Positions 23,771 to 35,810 of a stretch of DNA of 64,000 bases are shown here, one piece after another (within the stretch, counting starts at the first letter, position 1; the number at the start of each line of letters is the position of its first letter). The DNA lies in NCBI RefSeq assembly GCF_963921235.1, contig NC_086097.1, positions 84,074,001-84,138,000 of the forward strand. The letters are read 5' to 3'. The position numbers and the translations under genes were made by a program. The notes under the pieces are model-generated. The model was given only the letters and a program-made list of their open reading frames with translations. It searched no databases and had not been told where the DNA came from. The DNA is from Mobula hypostoma. Taxonomy: Eukaryota.

Positions 23771-24674
23771 AATAAAGTGGCCACTGAGTGTATGTGAATA
23801 AAAATACACTATGTAAAACAGTTGATGTGAATTCTCTCAATGCTCCATGTTATGTTTTAAGATCACTGCTGAGTCACGAGGTCTGTCAGGTTCAGGAAGC
23901 GTAAGATGATCCGTTGTGTTCTCCAGAGTCAGACAGATCATTTTGGTATCTAAAAAAAAACCCAGAGATATAATTTTAGCTATATGGCTTGGATTAGATC
24001 CACAACATTAACCAAAGAATGTAAAGACATTGTCTCTTCAATATGATGCTGGAAGTTATCTTGCAAAATCTGTCACCTGTTGATGAATTTGGCGAAATTA
24101 GCAACAGATATTTTGAGTTTGTGAACTTGATAGGTTCAAGGTGGCATATTAAGTTCTGACTTGACGTTGGGTTCTATCAAGAGGTTCTTTTTTTCTGGTT
24201 AACCTTAAGCCTCCCTCATCTCACTCAAAGTTGAGTGCTGTCAGTGATGGGTATCTTACCACTTCCTCTTAGACATAATAGGAGGGCTGATGGACCATGT
24301 TATTTGACTCTACAGCAAGGGTGCGAGTAAATGTCTGTACCATTTCACACTGAACTGTGAAAAGGACATTGTCTTGAATTGAGGTTACTTCCACAGTTTC
24401 TTCCTTTGTCTGATTAACCACAAGAAACTTTTGATTCACTGAATGTACACTGCTCTCAGTGTAAGTGCCAAAATAATACAATGGCTTTTATAAGAACCAT
24501 GTTAACAAAAAACATAAAAACAGAAAATGAATTCAGAGGACAAATGAAATCAATTGAATTGCCTCTATTTATTACTTTGTAGGAATTCTCGTTAAACTGA
24601 TTTTCTAAATTCAAGTTTAAACTCTATAATTGCAAGTTTGAAACCTGGCTCCATAAATGTCCAATCATGGATGT

Positions 24675-24795
24675 CCCAAACATCTAAAAGTTGTTGGTGA
24701 ATGCAACAGGCTAGGCAGCATCTCTAGGAAGAGGTACAGTCGACGTTTTGGGCCGAGACCCTTCGTCCCTTCGACCCTTCATCAAGAGTGTCTCG
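24675..24795 (-). mobile_element. Penelope terminal fragment with rearranged minimal hammerhead
   Basis: Reverse complement of the GACGAAGGGTCTCGGCCCAAAACGTCGACTG motif, with a local CCCTTCG duplication. Confidence 0.65.
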
Positions 24796-24849
24796 AGTTT
24801 GATGCCTGCTGCTCATTTACTGAATAAAACCTTCTATATCCAACAGCAG

Positions 24850-25150
24850 TAGTGAATCTCCGGTGACTTTCTTCACAGTCACAACACTCCCAAGCCTGGT
24901 CACAAAGTTATCAATTCCGTCAATCAAATTATTGACATATGATGTGCAAAGAAACAGTCCCAACACCGATCCCTGCACAATATCACTGGTCACCAGCAAC
25001 CAATCAGAAAGTGTCCCCTTTATTCCCACTCTTTGCCTCCAATTTCCTGAATTTTGCTCTTTTCCTTCTTATAGAGTAGTGACATTTGCGATTCACCAGT
25101 TCTCTGGAACCATTGTAGAATCTAGTAGTTCTGGAATGATATTAGTGATC
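24850..25150 (-). mobile_element. CR1 RT fragment
   Basis: GIKGTLSDWLLVTSDIVQGSVLG. Confidence 0.7.
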
Positions 25151-25324
25151 TGTATTTGTTGTAATAGATTTAACTACTTAAAACTTCATTAGAAGATTTC
25201 AATTACGTTTTGAAAATGTCTTCATAATGTTACATTTTTATTTGTTAACTATTATTAATAGCTTTGTAAATCTTTCTAAATCTCAGGGCCAACTTGTCTC
25301 ATAAAAGGTTATCTGAAAATGTGC

Positions 25325-26140
25325 ACAGTGGCGCAATAAGTAAAACTACAGTCTCACAGTGCCAGAAACCCTGGTTTGTTCCTGACCTCAGATGCGTCTA
25401 TGTGGATTGTATGGGTTTCCTCTGGGTGCTCTGAATTCCTTCCATGTTCCAAAGACATGTGGGTCAGTTGGTTAATTGGACACTGCTGATTGCCAGTCTA
25501 CAGTGTAGATGAGTTAATAAAATGCAAGGAGAATGTGATTAATTTAGGATTAGAGGTAGGATTGATAGATGTGCTTAGACTTCATAAGATGATATGAGGT
25601 ATTAATAGAGGTAACAGCCAGCACTTTTTCTCAGGCAGAAATGGCTACTACAAAGGAGTATAATTCTAAGGAGATTAGAAGAAAGTATGTGGGGATGTCA
25701 GATGTAGGTTTTTCACACAGAAAGTGGTACTGTAGTTGTGTGGAACGTGATGGCAAGGGTGGTGGTAGAGGCAGAAACATTAGGGACATTTAAGAGACTC
25801 TTAGATAGGCTCATGCATAAAAGTAAAATGGAGGGCTCTTGCACTAGGAAATCATTAGATTGATCTTGGAGTTGATTGACAGGTTGGCACAACATCCAGG
25901 GTTGAAGGATCTGTACTGTGCTGTACCGTTCCGTGTTCTAGAGTAAATGGGTGTTTCACAGCTGGCATGGATTTGATGGACTTAAGGTACTGTTTTCATC
26001 CTGTGTAATTCTTTGACAAAGGTTCTAGGGAGAAGGTCGGAGAATGGGATTGAGAGAGATAATAATTCAACCATAATGGAATGGCAGAGAAGACTCGATG
26101 GGCTGACTGACCTAATTCTGCTCCTATATCTTATGGTTTT
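25325..26140 (+). mobile_element. V-SINE followed by two CR1 3' fragments
   Basis: V-domain at ~25400-25480; CR1 3' motifs at 25570-25940 and 26010-26140. Confidence 0.6.
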
Positions 26141-27139
26141 ATGGACCTTATGAGTTGATACAATAAAAATGTTATATTGATATAGATAATTGTGGATTTG
26201 TTTCATTGTGTGGGACTTATCTGTCTTCTGAAAATGCATGACAGCTCCATGGTAAGTACTGTATGTAGAAAAGACCTCATCTTGTCACAGACTCTGTTCC
26301 TATCCATTGCTTGTTCACTCTCAGTAGTTTGTCGCTCTCTCTCCTAGCCTTGAACAGTTCTTGACCAAGATACGCTTCCAGGCCACGTCTTTCATTGAAT
26401 TTACTGCTTTTATTCCTCTTGCTGACCACAGTCTGGAGTACAGCCAGATTGTTTATAATCTTAGCATTCAATGGCTCCATGAACATAAGTTTCTGCAGAT
26501 GCTGGGAATCTTGAGCAACATACACAAAATACTGGGGGTACTTAGCAGGTTAAGTAGGATCTATGAAAAGGAATAAACAATTAATGTTTCAGGCTGAGAC
26601 ACTTCATCAGGACTCATCAGAACGGTATCTTGCATTTCTCATCCCATGCCTTTCTATGAGCAAGATCACTACTACCTACCTCCAACTTTGCCTAACTCAT
26701 CAGCTGCTGAAATCCTCAATTATGCCTTTTCATCAACAAATGCAATTGTTCTAATTCCCTACTCCTCATCTTGGATTATGTGCCCCCATCCCAACTCCAC
26801 TGCCTCCTTCCTCCAATAAAATGTCTGGCCTGTGGCCAGACATGTGTGTAGAACAGGAGCACCCAATATAGATTCTTGGGAATCAACAGAAATGCACAAA
26901 CTTTCAATGAACCAAAAATTCTGTCCTTCATGACATCATCCTCCTCATCCAATCAATGGGAATTCACCATCTCAGGATCTTTGTCTGCTTGTAATGGAAA
27001 TGGATTTCAGAATAGTTTGGTCTATGATTTTTTTCTGTAGTACTGAGGAATCAGACAGATGCAAAAGCCACTTTAAAAGTAAAAGAATGTCTAATGCAAC
27101 AAAAGCACTCAGCACTAATGCATTCAGGTCTGCAGCTGG

Positions 27140-29575
27140 ATCTTCAACTTCCTCACAGACAGGACCCAGGCTGTAAAATGAGGGAACAAGCTCTCCTCTA
27201 CAATCACTCTGAGTACTGGTGCCCACAAGGCTGTGTACTCAGCCCCTGCTGTACTCACTGTACACCCATGATTGTGCAGCCAAGTTTCCTTCAAACTTAA
27301 TTATAAGTTTGCTGATGACACCACAATTGTCGGCCATATCTCGGGTAACGATGAGCTTGAGTACAGAGAGGAAATTAAGAACCTGGTGGCATGGTGCGAA
27401 GACAATAACCTATCCCTCAATGTCAGCAAGATGAAGGAGTTGGTTATTGACTTCAGAAGGAGTAGCGGACCGCACGACCCCATTTACATCGGTGGTGCGC
27501 AAGTGGAACAGGTCAAAAGCTTTAAGTTCTTCGGGGTCAATATCACAAATGACCTGACTTAGTTGAACCAAGCAGAGTCCACTGCCAAGAAGGCCCACCA
27601 GCACCTTTACTTCCTGAGAAAGCTAAAGAAATTTGGCCTGTCCCCTAAAACCCTCACTAATTTTTATAGATGCACCGTAGAAAGCATTCTTCTAGGGTGC
27701 ATCACAACCTGGTATGGAAGTTGTCCTGTCCAAGACCGGAAGAAGCTGCATAAGATCGTGAACACAGCCCAGCACATCACACAAACCAATCTTCCGTCTT
27801 TGGACTCACTTTACACCGCACGCTGTCAGAGCAGTGCTGCCAGGATAATCAAGGACTTGACCCACCCAGCCAACACACTTTTCGTCCCTCTTCCCTACGG
27901 GAGAAGGCTCAGGAGCTTGAAGACTCATACGGCCAGATTTGGAAACAGCTTCTTTCCTTCGGGCCTGAATGATTTCCGTCCAGTTGCACTCACCCCATCA
28001 TTGCAAAGTGCTTTGAGAGACTGGTTCTATCACATCTGAAATTCTGTCTGTCCTCTACCCTGGACCCCCATCAATTTGCCTATTGCACCAACAGGTCAAC
28101 AGGGGATGCCATCTCCACGGCACTTCACTCTGCCCTGACCCACCTGGACAGCCCCAACTCTTACGTCAGAATGCTGTTCATTGACTTTAGTTCGGCATTC
28201 AATACTGTGATCCCCTCCAAGCTGATCGTCAAACTTCACCAGCTTGGTATCAGCTCATCCCTCTGCAATCGGACCTTGAACTTTCTGACTAACAGACCCC
28301 AACCAGTTAAGTTAGACAACCTCTCCTCCTCCACTCTCACCCTGAACACCGGCGTGCCTCAAGGCTGTGTGCTGAGCCCTCTTCTGTACTCCCTTTTCAC
28401 CTATGACTGCGTTCCTGTACATGGTTCTAACTCCATAATCAAGTTCACAGATGACACCACGGTAGTTGGTCTGATCAGAGGGGATGACAAGACAGCCTAC
28501 AGGGACGAGGTCCAGCACCTGGCTGTGTGGTATGCTGACAACAATCTGGCCCTTAACACCCAGAAGACCAAGGAGGGCATTGTGGACTTCAGGCATGCCA
28601 GGAGTCACACTCACGTCCCCATCTACATCAACGGAACTGTAGTGGAGCATGTATCAAGCTTCAAATTCCTTGGTGTCCACATTTCCGAGGATCTCACCTG
28701 GTCCCTGAACTCCTCCATCCTGATCAAAAAGGCGCATCAGCACCTTTATTTCCTGCAAAGCATGAAGAAAGCTCACCTCTCTCTCAGGATACTGACGGAC
28801 TTTTACCGCTGTACCATTGAGAGCATACTCACCAACTGCATCTCAGTGTGGTATGGCAATTGTCTCGTATCGGACCGCAAAACACTCCAGCGTGTGGTGA
28901 AAACTGCCCAGCGGATTATCGGCACCCAATTGCCCACCATTGAGAACATCTACCATAAACACTGCCTGGGCAGGGTGAAAAGCATTATCGGGGATGCATC
29001 TCATCCTAACCATGGACTTTTTACTCTCCTCCCATCCGATAGGCGCTACAGGAGCCTCCGCTCCTGCACCAGCAAGCACAGGAAGAGCTTCTTCCCTGAG
29101 GCTGTGACCCTGCTGAACCTCTCATCACAGCGCTAAGCAGTATTGCATCCGTATTGTACTGTCTCAGTACTTTTATATTTGCGTGCTGTAGCACTTTTTT
29201 ATTCGCAGTTATTTTGTAAATAACACTATTCTTTGCATTTCTGGTCAGATGCTAAATGCATTTCATTGGCTTTGTATCTGAACTCGGCACAATGACAATA
29301 AAGTTGAATCTAATCTCATCTTTCCAACTGTGATAAGACTGCTGAACGGATCCTGACCCGGATCTGGGCTCTACCTTCCAATTATCCGGACCTGCCTCTC
29401 AGTTTTTTTGCACTACCTTACTTCCCTTTTCTATTTTCTATTTATGATTTGTAGTTTAAATTTTTATCATATTTACTATCGATTTGTACTCCAGGGAGCG
29501 CAAAGCGCAGAATCAAATATCACTGTGATGATTGTACGTTCTACTATCAATTGTTTGGCGACAATAAAGTAAAGC
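27140..29575 (+). mobile_element. Rex1/Babar LINE 3' part (outer), interrupted at 27957
   Basis: [36 protein letters not shown]. Resumes at 29326 and ends GACAATAAAGTAAAG. Confidence 0.85.
27958..29318 (+). mobile_element. Rex1/Babar LINE (inner, 5'-truncated) with 321-aa open RT segment at 28171-29136
   Basis: [26 protein letters not shown]; tail GACAATAAAGTTGAATCTAATCT; 7-bp TSD TCTTTCC (27951-27957 / 29319-29325). Confidence 0.9.
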
Positions 29576-29649
29576 AAATGATTGCTGCCAACCTTCTATT
29601 AAGGATGATACTAAAACAGGTAAGGACCTAGGTATAATGCTTATTTAGA

Positions 29650-32220
29650 ACCTGTAAGGATAAAAAAAACTATTATGGGAATCATATATAGGCCTCCAAA
29701 TGTGAGGTTGAGATTGCGAAGGGAGCTGGTAAAGGCATGGAATCAGGGTAATGATACAACTGTAATGGGGGACTTCAATATGCAGGGGGATTGGGAAAAT
29801 CAGGTTGGAGTCAGAACGCAAGAGAGGGAATTTGTTGAATGCCTATGAGATGGCTTTTAAGAGCAGTTTGTGCTTGAGCCTACTTGGGGAAAGGCTATCT
29901 TAGACTGGGTGTTGTGCAATAACCCAGATCTTATTAGGGAGCTTAATGTAAAGGAACCCTTAGGAGACAGTGATCATACTATGATTGAATTCGTACTGCA
30001 ATTTGAAAGGGAGAAAAATAAGTCACATGTATCAGTATTGCAATGGAATGAAGGGAATTACAGTGGCATGTGAGAGGAGCTTGCCCAGGTGAATCAGAGG
30101 AGGATACTGGCGGGGGTGACAGCAGACTAGAGGTAGCTGAAGTTTCTGGAAATATGTTCACTAGGGGCAGGGTAGATACGTCCCACAGAAGAAGTTGTTC
30201 TCAAAAGCCAAGGGTAGGCAACCATGGCTGACAAGGGAAATTAAGGACCACATAAAAGCCAAGGAAAGGGCATATAAGGTAGCAAAAGTGAGTTGGAAGA
30301 TGGATGATTGGGAAGCTTTTAAAATCCAACAAAAGGAAACTAAAAAAGCTATAAAAAGAGAAAAGATGAAAATTAAGGGCAAACTAGCTAATGATATAAA
30401 GCAGGATACTAAAAGTTTTTTCCAGTTATATAAAGAATAAAAGGGAGGCAAGAGTTGATATTGGACCACTGAAAAATGATGCTGGTGAGGTAGTAATGTG
30501 GGACAAAGAAATGACAGATGAACTTAATGGGCACTTTGGATCAGTCTTCACCATGGAAGACAGTAGCAGTGTGCCAGAGGTCCACAAGTATCAGGGAGCA
30601 AGATTGAGTGCCATTGCTATTACAAAGGAAAAAATGCTAGGCAAACTCAAAGGTCTGAAGGTGGATGTCACCTGGACCAGATGGACTACATCCCAGAGTC
30701 CTGAGAGAGTTTGCTGAAGAGACAACGGATGGATTGGTCATGATCTTTCAAGAATCACTTGATTCTGGCATGGTCCTGGAGGACCAGAAGATTGCAAATA
30801 TCATTCCTCTCTTTAAGAAGGGAGGAAGGCAAAATAAAGAAAATTAGCCAGTTAGCCTATCCTCAGTGGTTGGGAAAGTGTTGGAGTCCATTATTAAGGA
30901 TAAAGCTTCGGAGTACTTGAAGACTAATGATAAAATAAGTTAAAGTAGGCATTATTTCTGCAAAAGGAGATCTTGCCTGACAAATCTGTTAGAATTCTTC
31001 GAGGAAGTAACAAGCAGGATGGACATAGGAGAGGCAGTGGATGTCATTTACTTGGATTTTCAGAAGGCATTTGATAATGTACCACACATGAGGCTGCTTA
31101 ACAAGATAAAATCATGTGGCATTACAGGAAAGATACTGGTATGGATAGAGGAATGGCTGACAGGCAGGAAGCAGTGAGTGGGAATAAAAGGGACCTTTTC
31201 TGGTTGGCTGCCAGTGACTAGCGGTTTACCTCAGGGGTCCGTTACTTTTCACATTGTTTGTCAATGATTTGCATAATGGAATTGATGGCTTTGTGGCAAA
31301 GTTTGTGAACGATACAAAGATAGGTGGAGGGGTAGGTAGTGCTGAGGGAAGCAATGCAATTGCATCAGGACTTGGATAAGTTGGAAGAATGGACAAAAAA
31401 GTGGCAGATGGAATACAGTGTTGGGAAATGCACGATAATGCATTTTGGTAAAAGGAACAATAGTGCAGATTAATATCTAAATGGAGAGCAGGCTCAAACA
31501 GACGGGCAGAGGGACTTAGGAGTCCTCGTGCAAGAATTCCAGAAGGTTAATTTACAGGTTGAGTCTGTGGTAAGGAAGGCAAATACAATGTTGGCATTTA
31601 TTTCAAGGAGAATAGAGTATAAAAGCAAGGAGACAATGCTGAGGCTTTATAAGACTCTAGTCAGGCCGCACTTGGAGTATTGTCAACAGTTTTGGGCCCC
31701 ATATCTCAGAAAGGATGCGTTGTCATTGGAGTACAGAGGAGGTTTACAAAGATGATTCTAGGAATGAAGGGGTTAACATATGAGTATGTTTGGCAGCTTT
31801 GGGCCTGTACTCACTGGAATTTAGAAGAATGCGGGGAGATCGCATGAAACCTACCAAATGTTGAAAGGACTAGATAAGGTGGATGTGGAGAGAATTTTTC
31901 CTAGGGTGGGGGTATCCAGAACTAGAGGGCACAGCCTCAAAATTGAGGGGGGGGGGACCTTTTAGAACAGAGGTAGGGAGGAATTTTTTTAGCTAGAGAG
32001 TAGTGCATCTGTGGAATGCTCTGCCACAGATTGCGGTGGAGGCCAAGTCCGTGGGTTTATTTAAGGCGGAAATTGATTGTTTCCTGACTGGTCAGGGCAT
32101 CAAAGGATATGCTGAGAAAGGTGTATGGGGTTGAGTGGGATCCAGGATCAGCCATGAATAGTGGAACAAACTCAATGAACTGAACGTGGCCTAATTCTGC
32201 TCCTATCTCTTACGCTCTTA
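29650..32220 (+). mobile_element. Degenerate CR1 ORF2 and 3' UTR
   Basis: GDFN, PGPDGLHPRVL and RPHLEYC motifs in broken ORFs; CR1 tail. Confidence 0.9.
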
Positions 32221-32979
32221 AAACCTCATGCAGAAGCCTGTGCTGATTTGAGGGTCAGCTTTTACTTGGCCAGTAAATTCCAACGTCATGAAACTAAGAG
32301 TTTAAATTGTGTTCGGTTGGGGCATTCACTCTTGCTTTATACTAATGATTGGAAACATTGAGATTTGCTGATTATTGAAAAAACTTAAGTCAAGATTGCA
32401 ATTTATAATCTCCATAAAGTGCAATAAGGTTGACATAACTATGAATGCACTGTCAGTCATATCACATATTAGCACCTGCCTGCAGGGACACCAGCAATAC
32501 TGTACCAGTAGGCCATTCCTCAACCAAATGGGATTGGTCAGTACTCCATCTCTACATTATTAATGCATGTGGAGCAGTTTTAAAATAAGGTGAAAGGAAG
32601 TCTAAGTTCCTCGTATTGTCAGATTGGAGATCGGGTGAACGTGAACAAACATTAATAGGCCCTTGGAGAGTTTTACTGTTTTTATTGGTTCAAAGCAAAT
32701 ACAAAGCTTCCAGCTCTATCAATGAATGATCCGCAGCGATGGAAGGCTTTTTAAAAATTTGCCTAATGAATGTTTAGCAGTACATTACTAAGGCATTATT
32801 TATCAAGCAGGAACTTTCACAAGTAGGTCAGTAGAAAAGAATATGCTAGTCATCCATTGGTCTCCCTTGGTTTCATGTAGTTCTTTGCATGATGGAAGGA
32901 GGCCATTCAGCCACTGAGCCTGAGATCAATCTCAAAGCAATTCCGTTCCGCACTTACATCCATCACTACAGATTCCTGA

Positions 32980-33730
32980 CATCTGGGCCATGACATCTTC
33001 TTGCAGCTACCATTGGGCCGGAGGTACAGAAGCCTGAAGCCCCATACCACCATGTTTAAGAACAGCTACTTCCCTTCAAGCTTTCCATTCTCAAATCAAC
33101 TAGCTCAACCCTAATCATTACTTCAGTATAGCAACATTATGACCACTTTGACTACTTTCACTACTATGGATTTTATTTGTTGGTTCTAATTGTGTTCTTT
33201 TTTGTCTAATTGATGTTTTGCTTGGAAATGTTGTGTCTCTGATACTATGTGCCTGTGATACTCCTGCAAGTAAGTTTTTCATTCCTCTAAGTTGAGGACC
33301 ACAACCTTGTCATAGGGTTTGGAGGCTTGTGTCCCTCAGTAACCCTGAGACCTATGTTGGCTGGAGTCAGGGCCTTGTGCTTTGGCTCTTGGCATGGTCA
33401 CTCTTGCCGGTCAGGTCAAAGGGTAGAGGCCAGACTAAGAGTGGTCCACCGGTCCTACAGGTTCAGGGGTTTAGCTCAGGGCTAACAACACTGTCTGGCC
33501 AAAAAAGTTTTTACAGAAACAGCAATGAAGAATCCTTCTACATCTGTGTGCAATTGAAGAGCCTGAACCACACCTGGGGCACAGTGAGAAAATGGCCAAG
33601 GACAGATAGAGGTAGAGGACATCTTTTGCTGCGCTGAGTGCCAGTGGCACAATGGGCAATAAGTAGGTTTTCATTGCATCTACTGTATGCATCCATGTAC
33701 TTGTGCATATGACAGTAAACTTGATTTTGA
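32980..33730 (+). mobile_element. Rex1-type 3' fragment interrupted by an RTE-derived element
   Basis: GGAGGTACAGAAGCCTGAAG..AAGAACAGCTACTTCCC and tail ATGACAGTAAACTTGATTTTGA. Confidence 0.6.
33284..33660 (+). mobile_element. Bipartite RTE-derived non-autonomous retroposon (copy A)
   Basis: RTE-like 5' UTR (GGACCACAACCTTGTC..GGGCTAACAAC) joined to an RTE-like 3' end; approximate TSD AAGTAAGTTTTTCATT/AAGTAGGTTTTCATT; homologous to 39952-40358. Confidence 0.65.
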
Positions 33731-33744
33731 CATTCCCACCTATT

Positions 33745-33980
33745 TTCTCTTACACACCTGTTAACTCATCCCAAATTCTACCACCATACAGCACACAAGG
33801 GGTTATTTACAAACACCAATTAGCATGTGATATAGGAGAAATGAAAGCAGCTGGGTGAAACCCACACAGATATGGGACAAATGTGCAAACTTCACACTGA
33901 CAGCACCAGAGGTCAAGAGTCAACTGGGTTGCTGGAATTTGAGAGAGTAGGTGCACCATTTACTGCACCTCCATGCTGCC
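33745..33980 (-). mobile_element. Degenerate V-SINE
   Basis: GAAACCCACACAGA..GTGCAAACTTCACACTGACAGCACCAGAGGTCA is the reverse V-domain and head. Confidence 0.6.
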
Positions 33981-34274
33981 TCATTGCAATAAGCAGAGCT
34001 GGTGTGGAAGGAGAAACATCAGAGCAAAAAGACTAAAACGTGAAAGGATTGGAAGGAAAGGATCGGCTGTGATTTCTATGGTCAAGAAATCCCCAAACAC
34101 TAGCTGGTAGTTTATTTTATTTTTACTGGCAGCGAGTGGATTTTTTAAAATAATAGCAGGTGCTGGGTAGGGGAGATTTAAGTTATGTAACTATCTCCTT
34201 AAATGAATAGGTTTGCACTGGAGTTTAGCAAACATTGCAAGGCTCATTGTTAAAACAGATTTGGATGCAGGTGA

Positions 34275-34410
34275 TAAACACAAGTAATTCTGCAGATGCT
34301 GGAAATCCAAAGCAACACACCCCAAATTCTGGAGGGACTCAGCTGGTTAGGCAGCATCCATGGAAATGAACAAACTGTTGACGTTTTGAGCTAAGCCCCT
34401 TCTTCAGAAG
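34275..34410 (-). mobile_element. Penelope terminal fragment (decayed hammerhead)
   Basis: TCTGCAGATGCTGGAAATCC..GACGTTTTGAGCTAAGCCCCTTC. Confidence 0.6.
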
Positions 34411-34709
34411 CCTTTTCTATGCAATAAGGAGGTATAACTGCGAGGTACAATGCTCAACAGACAATGGAACGTAACTGGCACCAACTCTTGTTTATCTGAG
34501 AGCAGGCAGTGAATGAATATTGGGCAGGAGGCCATCTTGTATAGTCCTTGTATAGAATCATAGCCCATAATTGGGTACTTTATACTTTGGAGTCGCAGGG
34601 CAGAAATTAATGTAGCATCTCTGACTAACTTCTCATTCACTTTCATCATTCTCCTCCAGAGTACTTAGTGTTTTCCTACTCTGCACGGCACAATAACAGG
34701 TCTTTGTGT

Positions 34710-35070
34710 GCAATGGCTCACTGGTTGGAAGGTCAAATGGAGTCTTGCATGAGGGAAATATCAGGAAGGATCCTCTAAGATCTTGGAAAGGATACAAAGG
34801 ACGTTCACTGAAAGAGTACCAGGAGTGAGGGAATTCAGTTCTGTGGAGGGAATGGAGAAAGTGTGGTTGTCTCCACAGGGAAAAAAAACCTGACAAAATC
34901 CTTCAAAATTATGAGCAATTTAGATAAAGTAACTGAAGAAAGACTGATTCTACTTGCAGAGGAAACAAAGGGTGCTGTTTTAGTTGAATTAGAAAAGGAA
35001 CAAGAGGGAGAATAAAGAGAATTATCCTCCCTGAGTGAACTATTGCGATAGGGACTGTAATGCCTGAAAG
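34710..35070 (+). mobile_element. Old CR1 3' fragment
   Basis: Degenerate LERIQRTFTERVPGVR-like segment. Confidence 0.5.
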
Positions 35071-35074
35071 TCAC

Positions 35075-35220
35075 TCTCCCTCCCCCTACCCTTTCATTCT
35101 GGCTTCTGCCCTCTTCCTTTCCAGTCCTGATGAAGGGTCTTAGCCTGAAATGTTGATTGTTTCCCCTCCATATATGCTGCCTGACCTGCTGCGTTTCTCC
35201 AGCATTTTGTGTGTGTTGAT
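35075..35220 (+). mobile_element. Penelope terminal fragment with minimal hammerhead (35122-35159)
   Basis: CAGTC-CTGATGA-AGGGTCTTAGCCT-GAAA-TGTT-GATTG. Confidence 0.7.
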
Positions 35221-35366
35221 ATAGTAGATTCAATACGGGATTGGATATTGAGATTAGAGAAGAAAGTATTTCTCAATTATACAAAAGAGCAGAGAAGTGT
35301 GACCGTATGAATGGTCCTTTAAAAGAGCCAGCTGAAAAAATCTGTGAAGAAAGTCTGGTTACTTAC

Positions 35367-35569
35367 CATTTTGTTTATGTTTCTTTATTCTTTCATAACT
35401 TCGGTAGATCATTACAAGAACTAGTGCTTCTGTAAGCTGAAATACCAAGAAGATTATTGGAAATAAATAAAGAGCACCAATCTCCTCTTGAGAGAAAGTA
35501 ACTTTCAGGATGGTGGAACAGAGCTGAATGTTTTGGAATCCAGTTTCCATAGAAACTGTCCGTGTGCAC
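35367..35569 (-). CDS. slc10a1: Na+/taurocholate cotransporting polypeptide, coding exon 4 (203 bp)
   Basis: ttttacag|G acceptor and AATG|gtaagt donor; RCTRTVSMETGFQNIQLCSTILKVTF..IGALYLFPIIF matches NTCP. Phase fits exon 3. Confidence 0.92.
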
Positions 35570-35609
35570 CTGTAAAAGCAGAGGAGACAGGTTGAAAGTG
35601 GGTTTCAAT

Positions 35610-35810
35610 TTACTTATTTTATTTATTGAGATACAGCATGGAATAGGCCTTTCCAGCCTTTGAGCTGCGTCACCCAGCAACGCCCCCCGCCCCCGATTTA
35701 ATCCTAGCCTAATCAGGGGGCAATTTACAATGCCCAGTTAACCTACCAACCGGTACGTCTTTGGGCTGTGGAAGGAATCTGGAGCATGTGGAGGAAACCC
35801 ATGCCATCAT
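35610..35810 (-). mobile_element. V-SINE 3' part, ~40 bp from the exon 4 acceptor
   Basis: Reverse complement of the 23488-23770 family. Confidence 0.75.

Larger units (their letters stand above)
22444..23790 (+). mobile_element. Internally deleted Tc1-like DNA transposon carrying two nested insertions
   Basis: TA-flanked TIRs CACTCAGTGG...CCACTGAGTG; N-terminal transposase remnant (DLSDFDHGMIVGA, ARLVQADRK). A second copy is at 42004-42552. Confidence 0.85.

Noticed and set aside
34633..34681. SRKTLSTLEENDESE* as slc10a1 exon 5
   Set aside because: It follows a cag in phase 0, but exon 4 ends in phase 1, which gives an immediate TAG at this acceptor.
34835..35233. 132-aa minus ORF just after exon 4
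   Set aside because: Antisense reading of a Penelope terminus plus an old CR1 fragment.
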